DNA of 63,648 bases, filler included, from Octopus bimaculoides (Eukaryota), in NCBI RefSeq assembly GCF_001194135.2. It is 7 parts of 6 records of this genome, joined end to end, with 100 filler letters (N's around TTAATTAATTAA, not from the genome) between each part and the next. Parts side by side here need not be neighbours in the genome. Positions count along the whole stretch, not along the records: positions 52,949 to 56,321 come from NC_068982.1; positions 56,422 to 62,510 come from NC_068986.1; positions 62,611 to 63,648 come from NW_026325746.1; 4 more parts are not named here. One strand, given 5' to 3'. Within the stretch, counting starts at the first letter, position 1; every line of letters begins with the position of its first letter. The notes under the pieces are model-generated. The model ran no database searches. It was not told the DNA's origin and saw only the letters and a list, made by a program, of their open reading frames with translations. Position numbers and translations under genes: made by a program. Shown here in pieces: positions 53,720 to 63,648 of this stretch.

Positions 53720-55621
53720 AACACATATATATATGCATACGTATATATTAATACAGAATGATTGAAAAGTTTCTTCAGCATTGATATAAACAAGCCTTCA
53801 ATCAATTGAAGCCAGTTTGAGCTTTATAAAGTTGGCTAGATCTATCGTTCTTTGTTTGTCTGTTTGTCTATCTGTCTGTTTGTCTCCGTCCATCTGTCTG
53901 TCGGTCTCTGTCTGTCTGTCTGTCTGTCTGTCTTTCTCTTTCTCTCTCTCTCCTTTTCTCACTCATTCACATGTTCCCTTTCACTAATCTCTCTTCTGCA
54001 TTTCTTTACCACTCGAGAACTATTTCCTATTGTGACTACCACGGCTTAAGCACTAACTACATCTCTTTGCCTTGCCCTTGATTCTTCAAACCTGTTTGAC
54101 CAACCAAGCAGGTGACCTCTGCAGAACAAGACAACTGAACAGGATCACCAATTTGCATCAATTTAAGAACGAAATTAAAATGAAATTAATAGAAATATAA
54201 AAAACAAAATTCTAAATGCCTGTTTGTGTGTGGGTGTGGGTGTGTGTGCGTGTGAGTGTATGTGTAGGTGTGTACGTATGTGTGTTTGTGTTAATAAAGT
54301 AGATATTCTATAACATTTTATCACTGCATCGGCAGAGAAAGGGTGGTGAAGAAGACTAGTTTCAAGACTTGTCAGATCTTCATTAGAGAAAAATCTGTGG
54401 ACACAAATTATTTGACTTTAGCTGTTATTGTGTATATACACTTCAACACACCATGCACTGGTCTAATTTGCATAAAATTGGTTGTAATGACAACGTCGTT
54501 TATTGGTTAATTAACAATAGTTAATTAACAATGCACTACAGTGTTTTGAGAAAAATTCAAAAAGTTTATGTATATTTGTGCGCGCGCGTGTTTCTGTATA
54601 TGTACAGTCACTAACCATTTCTTTGATGGGGAATTCTATCATTTAAATCTAGAAATGTTACACACGTCTTCGGTGATTCGACAATATGTATTGATTATTT
54701 AATTTGCATTAATGTAACTAATATTCACTTCATATAGATTGAAAGCACGTATGGGGTTCAATTAAGTTTCTCATAACCATTCGGAAAGGAAAACGCTGTC
54801 CTCGATTCTTGGGTTTCTGTTTTTCTTCTGGAGTTACTTAGCAATCTTTTAAAAATGTTTTGTATGAATGTAGTTTAGTTTGAGACTATGGGATTCAACA
54901 ATACGTGTAAGGCTTATATATATATATATATNNNNNNNNNNNNNNNNNNNNNNNNNNNNNNNNNNNNNNNNNNNNNNNNNNNNNNNNNNNNNNNNNNNNN
55001 NNNNNNNNNNNNNNNNNNNNNNNNNNNNNNNNNNNNNNNNNNNNNNNNNNNNNNNNNNNNNNNNNNNNNNNNNNNNNNNNNNNNNNNNNNNNNNNNNNNN
55101 NNNNNNNNNNNNNNNNNNNNNNNNNNNNNNNNNNNNNNNNNNNNNNNNNNTATATATATATATATATATATTCCTAACCTTCGAAATTAACCTTGTGTTA
55201 TCCAGTAATAGTATTATAGGTTCTTCCAGGTTTGCGTTTGGACATCTGTCGTGTGTGAATTTATATATATTTATAACAGGCACTTCGTCGGCTAGGACGA
55301 CGAGGGTTCCAGTTGACCCGATCAACAGAACAGCCTGCTATTGAAGTTACCCGCAAGTTTCTGACCATTCCACACACATGTGTAACCTTAACGTAGTTCT
55401 CAGGGAGATTCAGCGTGATACAATATGTGACAAAGCTGCCCTTTTGAAATACAGGTACATAAACAGTAATCCCTTGATATATCGCACACTCCTCAGTATA
55501 TCACGGGTTTCTGCGGTCGAAAGGTATTTATATTTCTTTTTCGATTTTAACTATTTTGTGGTAAAATAAGCATTTTGACGCCTAAAAATTGATAAATTAA
55601 CAAGTGCACTTAGAGAGCACA

Positions 55622-55955
55622 AACTTCCGCCGAAGCAACACCAACATCCTCTCACCGATCAGCCGGAGATGATCTTTAAAATGAGAATATCTGAAATAAA
55701 CCCGACTGCTCTCACAAAGGAGAATATTAAATTTTAACCCGACCGCTCTCGAAAATTAAATAAAAAAACAGGAAAAATAATCCAGGTATCGGATAGATCC
55801 CAAAATCTAAAAAGTTCGTGCCAGTCACAAGACAAAACATCTCTGAAAGTTTCATCCGAATCCATCCAGCCGTTCTCGAGATATTTTGTCCATGGATAAA
55901 CAAACAAACATGACTGAAAACAATACCTCCACCTTCGTTAAGGCGGAGATAATAA
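55622..55955. mobile_element. Possible Helentron-type / hairpin-ended non-autonomous element
   Basis: CTTCCGCCGAAG near 55624 and ACCTCC...GGCGGAGATAATAA near 55925-55955, with the ATCCATCCAGCCGTTCTCGAGATAT...AAACAAACAAAC motif common in this repeat class (recalled). Confidence 0.3.
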
Positions 55956-55974
55956 ATGAAAATACAGTACAGTT

Positions 55975-56321
55975 GTTGGCACTGCGTCGCTTACGACGTC
56001 GAGGGTTCCAGTTGATCAGATCAGCGGAACAGCCTGCTCGTGAAATTAACGTGCAAGTGGCTGAGCACTCCACAGACACATGTACCCTTCACGGAGTTCT
56101 TGGGGATATTCAGCGTGACACAGTGTGACAAGGCTGGCTCTTTGAAATGCAGGCACAACAGAAACAGGAAGAAGGAGTGAGAGAAAGTTGTGGTGAAGAT
56201 GTACAGCAGGGTTTCTCCACCATCCCCTGCCGGAGCCTCGTGGAGCTTTAGGTGTTTTTGCTCAATAAACACTCACAACGCCCGGTCTGGGAATCGAAAC
56301 CGCGATCCTATGACCGTGAGT
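55975..56321 (-). mobile_element. tRNA-derived SINE family C
   Basis: Reverse B-box GGTTTCGATTCC near 56290-56302; body nearly identical to copies at ~6415-6714 and partial ~55278-55460. Confidence 0.8.
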
Positions 56322-57152
56322 NNNNNNNNNNNNNNNNNNNNNNNNNNNNNNNNNNNNNNNNNNNNTTAATTAATTAANNNNNNNNNNNNNNNNNNNNNNN
56401 NNNNNNNNNNNNNNNNNNNNNACATCTTCTGCCCAATCTGATAGAATTCTGGCAAAACTGTGTAGCAACAGATCGCCAGCAATTGCTTCATCACAAATTG
56501 CCGTCCTAGCTCCTGCGAAAAGGGATTACCCTGCTATGGATAATCAGGGCAGCGCAAAAAGTTGTTTTGCACAAGCATTTCTATAGCCAATTAGACGGAT
56601 GAAATTTACGTACGCTTAATAATGTTACGGAAAACAGCCTTCAGACTTTCCCTATTAATTTCATCGTCTTTTGAATTATGAACGTATTTACATCATAAGG
56701 GTTTTTTCGTTGTAAGGCTTTCTTTTTTAGTTGATTTTTACCTAGCAAGACTTATCGTAGATGGTGTAATAAGTCATACCCGAACAAGGTCGGGTTATAT
56801 TGCTAGTATAAGGTAAATGAAGGCTTTTGTAGGAACGCTAAAAGTCATATTCACTTAGTGAGTTTACATGCGTGAGAATGAATTATGATGCTATCGTTGT
56901 CGGCGCAAGATGCAATACTGGTAGCGGCAATACTGGCGGTGATGAATTTCATCGTGTCGTAACACGGTGAAAGCGAGCAATAGCTTCCTGGTAGCAAGCG
57001 CAAGCTAGCTTCCCTAAGCGGAGAAAAACTGATCTATTTAAGGAAATTGCTGGGCTCCGCAGAGATGTGAAGGTTTTTCTGCCAAGAGAACACGTGATCC
57101 ATTTGAGCGCATCTGATTGGTTGACCGGGTAATTTGGCGTAATTGTTTAGGG

Positions 57153-57710
57153 CAGTGGTTCCCAAACTATGAGTCGCGACCCACTGATGGGTCGCGAACG
57201 GAATCCTAGTGGGTCGCAAAAAGTTATAAAATGACGCATTAGCTTTGATTAACTGCTGTCTATCGAGGTTCAAGACTGATGTTTTCAATACCAGACTGGT
57301 TGTTTTATCAAGCAGTAGGCTTTTTTCACGAGCTTAACAAATCAGAGGTGGTCATTTTCTCAAGTTATTTATTCGTACGTAATCGTAAAAAGGAAGTCTG
57401 TTTTTACCTATTTATAGAGAACTTTAACTAGGCGCAGTACAACACTGATCGAGCCAATAACAGTTACTGCTTCGAGGTTTTGTATTAGAGTTAATACCTG
57501 CCCATAGGGTATGGAGACGTTGAAACAGTTATAAAACGTTTTGTTTCACATTTAATATAAATGAGGCCTTCTCACAGGCCTCAATGAAAATGTAATCTGA
57601 AATAAATTTGTTTCTTTCATTAATGTTTTTACCCAGTAGAGTTAAGTGGGTCGCCATAAACTGGTGTCATAAATAGTGGGTCGCGTCTCTAAAAAGTTTG
57701 GGAACCACTG
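57153..57710. mobile_element. hAT-type MITE (558 bp)
   Basis: Perfect 15-bp TIRs CAGTGGTTCCCAAAC / GTTTGGGAACCACTG; 8-bp flanks GTTTAGGG and GTTTAGGA (7/8-matching TSD); subterminal GGGTCGC repeats. Confidence 0.9.
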
Positions 57711-57859
57711 GTTTAGGAGATAAATTGCGCCTAAAAACTAACTAATCAGAGCAAATGGACAAAACATGATCTTTATAGCTAAGTGTTCTCTGCTACGTCC
57801 AAGCAACAACTATAAAAGTAGAGAGAATAGTTTGTCATTTATGCTTTTGTCAATCCATT

Positions 57860-60800
57860 CTGCTACACAGTAAAGCAGCAATTGAACAACAATACATTCA
57901 ACGACAACGTTAATAACAATACTGATAATAAAGTGAAACTTAGAGAAGGAAAGATAAACAGAAAATTTTAAAAGAAACGCGAACATCCCTACCGCCACCG
58001 CCGTCACAACCGCAAGTAGCAAGGGATGCTGGAAAGGGAATTTCTTTTGCGAATGCTACAAGAAATCTAGAGGATTTCCCCATAGACAAAGAATTGAAAT
58101 TGGCCAGCAAAATTGTTAAAAGAAATGAAAGAAAAGTAGCCTTAAACCCTCCACCAACGTGATCAAAAACATCTTGAGCAGCACAGTTACCGTTGCATCG
58201 GAGTGAAATCGCGCAGGGTGGAAATGCATCTGAGAGCCAAATCCCAAAATGCCTTGGGCACGTGTGGGAACAGAAAACCCTCATCACCCGAGGAAAGGAG
58301 TTTGGGACAATTGAAGTAACATTTGAGATTGAAGAAGAAGCTAGGTGTCACTCCATGACGACATTGTGGAATGAAGACTTCTTAACTCCCAGCTGTCGCG
58401 GCCAACACCTTGCTAAAGTTAGGGTGATGAAAGTGCCGCCAGAAATAACCATCACTTGTTTAGTGGCGGTCGTCTTGGCAGATATAGAGGAAAACAAGGT
58501 GACTATCTCACAGGCAAAGAAGATACCTAAACAAAACTAGTTAGGTGTAGGTATAGAACTGACCTTACAATGTAAGCAAACCTATATCGATGAACTACCT
58601 GACGTAATACACTTTCTGGATAGCACCCACCTGTAATTGTTTGTGGAGGGTAGAAAGCCAAGATTCCACATATGTGGATCTGTAACTTTCTTAAAGGCTT
58701 TCTGCATTCAAACAAGGGAAACAAAATACCTACAGCTGCAAACACTACAAACAACACGAACACAAAATTACGAGGACGTGCTCAAGACTCCAACTCCCAT
58801 ACCTAAACTAAGACAAAGAAGGACTTCACTCCCGGTTGCCATGGAAAAGCAAGCTTCTCCTGAACGCTCTACTCTCCAAATCAACAACAACAATGACATG
58901 AAGAAGAGCAGACCGAACAATGGATCACTGTGACAAAATGAAAAAATGGAACAATGGATCATTGTGACGAAAGAGGAGGAGCGTACATAACCTTACTCCA
59001 AGAAAACAACAAAAAGACACACAAAACCACAATTGCAGCCCAATTCACAACCACTCCAACAACAAAAATAACAACAACAATGACAGAAACAACATCAACA
59101 ACAGTATGAAAACACAGAAACAACCAATTATGAAATTACAAAAACAAGATACTTCCAACTGTAAGCAAAATGTATCCATCAATTTCACTGTTGTGAACAA
59201 ATGCAACAGTGAATTGATGGGTTTTGTAAATCAAAATAAAAGCAAAATTGAGACAGAAAGAAAGGAATTTGAGGATTTTATCCTCAAAACCCGAAGGACA
59301 GGTTTATAAATCAATCCGCGGAAACTTCTCATATAGTGTGGGGTTTTTAAACAGTCAAGTGACAGAAGGCTTTTGGAAAAACTTTAAAAAATATTCATCA
59401 GTAGAGAGGCCTGGAACTTCCGGGCTTCTCGAAAATCAAATGAGTGACCCCCTCTTTTTCTCTCTGCGACTTGCATGACTGTGCCGAGAGTGGGGTGTAT
59501 GAATGTGCGTGGCTTGAGATCAGCTTGGAAGCAAGGTCATTTGCTCAACGATCTCAGGTCGCTTGATTAAGATGTGACCGCCATTAGTGAAACAAGAATT
59601 TCCGAAAAGCTTGCTCCAGATTTCATTTTCGAGGACTACGGGATATTCTCAACTTGTGGTCTATTGGAGCAGGTGGCTGTGTAGTAGTGCTACTCTGGAA
59701 ATCCTTAGATCTCCATGGATGGGCTATCTTGGACGTAGTCGGTAGTAGCAGCAAAGGTGGCCTTTAGACTGGTGGCAGTTTACGCCTCGATAGGGGCTGG
59801 AAGGCCAGTTTTCTTCAGGCGTATAGAAACATTCTTGGGAACGTCTCGCACTTTAGTACTAGTGTGGGAATGAAATAGCATTTTGGATGCGCGGAAGGGC
59901 TGTGTGAGTTTGGCACATCGCAGAAATTCCTAGCTATCTGACAGGTACCGACTGGATTTCCCTGATGTGCCAGAGTGGGCATGGAGCAATCCACAACGGA
60001 TCATCCAAATCGTTTTTAGAGTATTCGTTAGATCAGAGGATATGGATAGTGTCCACAATCTAAATTGGTCCGCTACACAGATTACAAATTTGTGATATGC
60101 ACTGTCGACTTAGATAGGACCTGTAGACAGGGACTCAGTTACTGGAAGTTGAATGCGTCCTTACTGGCACTACAGGGACCGAATTAGCGAACTAGTTAAA
60201 CGGAAGTTGACAGAGGCAATCGTCAACAACTGGTGGTGGATCACTCTGAAGAGGGCGATTAGAGCAGAATCAGTAGCGTTTAGAAAGAAATAGATTAGGA
60301 GAACCACTCAGCAAGCTAGAAAAAGCGATTAGTAAAGGCATCGCGACCAACATGTTAGCAACGAGAATGGCCCTTGACCATTTCTTTGAGGCGAAATACA
60401 AAGGATGCATTGTCAGAGCTAAGGCTCATGTGTGAACTAAAACCATCCGATGGACCTGAACGGTAGAGAGCCGACATGGCAACAAAACCATGATCGGGTC
60501 TTTGATGGATCAGGACGGACGCGTGCTATTCGGTTCCAAGCAGATGTGTGCGACTTTCCAGAAGCACTTAATGTGGCTGTTTGGGGGAGGGTGATGGGTC
60601 GACAAGGGTAGTGAAATTTACTTCGTACCTGGACGACCTACCATAGCTCTCGGTAGCGGACGCAAATTTCTGCAAAAAGTCGATTACAGCTACAGAAATA
60701 CGGAATGCGATGATCGATTGCTCAAGTCGCAAATTGTCACGTTTGGATGTCTGCTCTATGAATTCTATGTATTCATGNNNNNNNNNNNNNNNNNNNNNNN

Positions 60801-62329
60801 NNNNNNNNNNNNNNNNNNNNNNNNNNNNNNNNNNNNNNNNNNNNNNNNNNNNNNNNNNNNNNNNNNNNNNNNNNNNNNNNNNNNNNNNNNNNNNNNNNNN
60901 NNNNNNNNNNNNNNNNNNNNNNNNNNNNNNNNNNNNNNNNNNNNNNNNNNNNNNNNNNNNNNNNNNNNNNNNNNNNNNNNNNNNNNNNNNNGCGTAAACG
61001 TGCGCAATCCCGAACAGGTTTATCCACGAGAAAATCTTTGTGCGATACACCTTAGAGAGGGCTTGGACTAAAGCTGACTTCGGTGGGGACGTGATCAATT
61101 TAGATCAGTCCAAAGCATTTGATAGGGTCGACCATCGCTACTTGCAATCCGTCCTTAAAGCAGCCGGTTTAAGACCAGTTTTCAGAGGTTAGATTGCTGC
61201 AATGCACAACGGCACATGCTCGGTGATCAAAGTAAACGGCCACCTGTCGGAACCGTTTTGCATTGCCCGTTCGGTCCGTCAGAGCTGCCTGCTTTCACCT
61301 CTTCTGTACGTGCTGGCTCTCGAGCCATTGCTGCGGAAGTTGGAACAGTTAAGGAACATCCTTTTCGAACTGGGAATCGGGAGGGCAGTGTCGGCGTATG
61401 CGGACGACATAACCGTCATGGTGTCGGACTCTTCAAACTAGAGACAGTCAGCTCCAATGTAAGGTAAATGAGTCGGTTGCAGAGGGCCAAAATCAACACC
61501 GACAAGTTGGTGGGCTTGCGATTGGGCACCTGAAGAGGCAGATCAATGACGTCGGATGATGACGACGTCTTTGGGCGTCGATGAAAATGATCTGGCTAGA
61601 GACTGTTCGGAAGGACTTTCCGGTCGGAGACTACTATGGATAAATTTCCAGATGTCTTAGGCCTGGCAGTGCTACCGGTTCAAGATAAACTCTACAGGCA
61701 CGGATGTGTTGTCAGTAGGGCGACGAAACCATTCTGCATGTACTCGTTCAGTATCTGGGCATTCCTGACTTGTGCATTTATGTCGAACAGCTGTTTTCGC
61801 GTATGGGACGGATCTGTCTGTCGGCCGAGTCCATAGTGATGAATCCCCTGCCGCCCTCTTTTCTTTTGCCTGGTGGACAAGGCTGAAAGGAATTAGAACA
61901 AAGATGTTCTTCTTAGAGATGTTCCTCATCGGAGGGTGGAGAGGGAAGTACTGTTCTTCATTGAATTTATTAAAAAGTGGGTGAAAGTTGCGAAAATGGC
62001 AAGAGTGGATGGTACCGTTCTATGTGTAGACCTGTGAGTCGGAGGAAAGGAGTTGAAGAAGGCACTTGTCTTTGGTATTCAGGGAGATCTTGAATGGTGG
62101 GGTTCTTCGATTATCCTTAGAGATCCTCCTGTATCAGGAGGACCCATCACTATCACCTTTTTTTCTCTTACTGTTGTATACTAAGTGTACTTCCCTTCTT
62201 TCGTGTATATTTTTCTTTCTTTCTTATCATTCCATGTAAACCCCAACACTTTACGTCTGTCTTTGCATTGTCCCCCTCATCCTCCGTCCCGGTGGCAAAT
62301 AAAAGAAAGCATTATTATTATTATTATTA

Positions 62330-62378
<49 letters not shown>
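57860..62378 (+). mobile_element. Near full-length decayed Tx1/L1-clade LINE (ORF1, APE endonuclease, RT, 3' UTR, AATAAA, (ATT)n tail)
   Basis: ORF1 remnants 58193-58900 (VMKVPPEI...FVEGRKPRFHICG). ORF2 from ATG 59475 MTVPRVGCMNVRGLR...AISETR (APE), GLSYWKLNASLL at 60131, LDQSKAFDRVDH ~61100, VRQSCLLSPLLYVLALEP and YADD at 61397-61408. AATAAA 62298-62303, (ATT)n 62311-62378. Many stops and frameshifts; 5' limit approximate. Confidence 0.9.
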
Positions 62379-62380
<2 letters not shown>

Positions 62381-62510
62381 TGGCTGTTTCAGGAGCGACG
62401 ATTAATCAGGAAAAATCAGTGGGCTTGCGGCTCGGCACTTGGAGAAGCAACTCCATGCCGTCCAACTACGTCGTTGGGCGCTGAACGGACGGACCGGTTA
62501 AATTGCTCGG
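62379..62510 (+). mobile_element. Third Tx1-family RT fragment (5'-truncated copy)
   Basis: ILAVSGATINQEKSVGLRLGTWRSNSM is homologous to the post-YADD segment of the preceding copy (~61480-61545, KINTDKLVGLRLGT); starts right after the (ATT)n tail. Confidence 0.8.
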
Positions 62511-62748
62511 NNNNNNNNNNNNNNNNNNNNNNNNNNNNNNNNNNNNNNNNNNNNTTAATTAATTAANNNNNNNNNNNNNNNNNNNNNNNNNNNNNNNNNN
62601 NNNNNNNNNNACATTCCACATCCATACATAGAAAGATATTTAAATATATATCCATAAACAAATATATTTATATATTTGTCTATTTGTATATCTACACGCA
62701 ATATACGTAAGTGTGATCCGATAGCTGAAAGAACGATAAATCTAATTA

Positions 62749-62874
<126 letters not shown>

Positions 62875-63604
62875 TTAAAATGTAAAACAAAACATAAACA
62901 ACCCAATCCAAACAAAGAGGAACTCATAAACGATTTGCTTCAGCGAATGCAGCCGATCCAAAGAACACCGGACGCCAGCAGGGCTCAGGCGCCTTCAGGA
63001 TGGAAGGAGCACCATCTCGGGGCCTTCCTTTCGACGGCTTTACTGAAGAGCACCACCCGTCACTGATGCCCCCTCACCACTTACCTACTGGGACCACCAC
63101 AATTATTGACATACAGAATTCGAAAATCAAAGATGCAGACAACAAATACTACGTGATCACGTAATCAACCAGACTATGGGATATTGTTAAACATCACCAA
63201 TCACCAATGCGGTTTGCATTGTTTTAGCCTTCGGATGACGCTACTCTGCTGGCTAAGCGAGCAAGGTCAACATTCCCCCTAATAGGAAGAGTTATTCTGT
63301 CGTAGTTTTACTCATTTACAGCTGAATTGAACGGAACAAGGTGAAATAAATACAACGCACCGCCGGTCTGAGAATCGAAACTGCGATGTTATGGTCGGGA
63401 ATGCAACGCACCTTCACAAAAGTAATAAATAAATACAAGCAAATAGGCGCAGGAGTGGCGGTGTGGTAAGAAGCTTACTTCACAATCACATGGTTCCGGA
63501 TTCAGTCCCAGTGCGTGGCACCTTGAGCAAGTGTTTTCTACTATAGCCTCGTGCTCACCAAAGCCTTGTGAGTGAATCCACAAGGAAACTAGAAGAATCC
63601 CGTC

Positions 63605-63648
<44 letters not shown>

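Noticed and set aside
3405-55344. Dozens of long ORFs with X runs or [12 protein letters not shown]/poly-V/poly-L/poly-Y content
   Set aside because: Translations of N gaps and di-/trinucleotide microsatellites.
23931-62566. TTAATTAATTAA repeated six times as a possible regularly spaced biological repeat or CRISPR-like array
   Set aside because: Always centred in exactly 88 Ns; an artificial linker.
62930-63165. GC-rich ~80-codon open frame in the last block
   Set aside because: No recognisable motif or splice context; probably TE-derived but unassignable by eye.

Overview
Eukaryotic, AT-rich, microsatellite- and SINE-saturated DNA; the tRNA-derived SINE families point to an octopus (coleoid cephalopod) genome (inference from recalled repeat families). 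It is not one contiguous locus: six identical 100-nt spacers (44 N + TTAATTAATTAA + 44 N) split it into seven blocks (1-23886, 23987-33664, 33765-37473, 37574-52848, 52949-56321, 56422-62510, 62611-63648), with many other N gaps. The only host gene I can support is absent from the ORF track as a whole. It is a spliced + strand gene with three phase-compatible exons (41411-41756, 47387-47564, 51772-51868) encoding signal peptide, a divergent CBM14/peritrophin-A-like chitin-binding module, a Thr/Pro linker and the N-terminal part of a chymotrypsin-fold (S1A) protease domain. Its activation site is atypical (LAH|IVPA), and the Asp102/Ser195 exons were not found in the window. The rest is mobile DNA: two large Tx1/L1-clade LINE copies plus a fragment (one with an in-frame ORF1-ORF2 fusion lacking the endonuclease), an R4/Dong-like RLE fragment in a (TAA)n tract, mariner copies, a hAT-type MITE, a fold-back element, Penelope-like and other LINE relics, and at least three SINE families. 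Most listed ORFs are microsatellite or N-gap artefacts. No prokaryotic-type system, CRISPR array, rRNA or true tRNA gene is supported.
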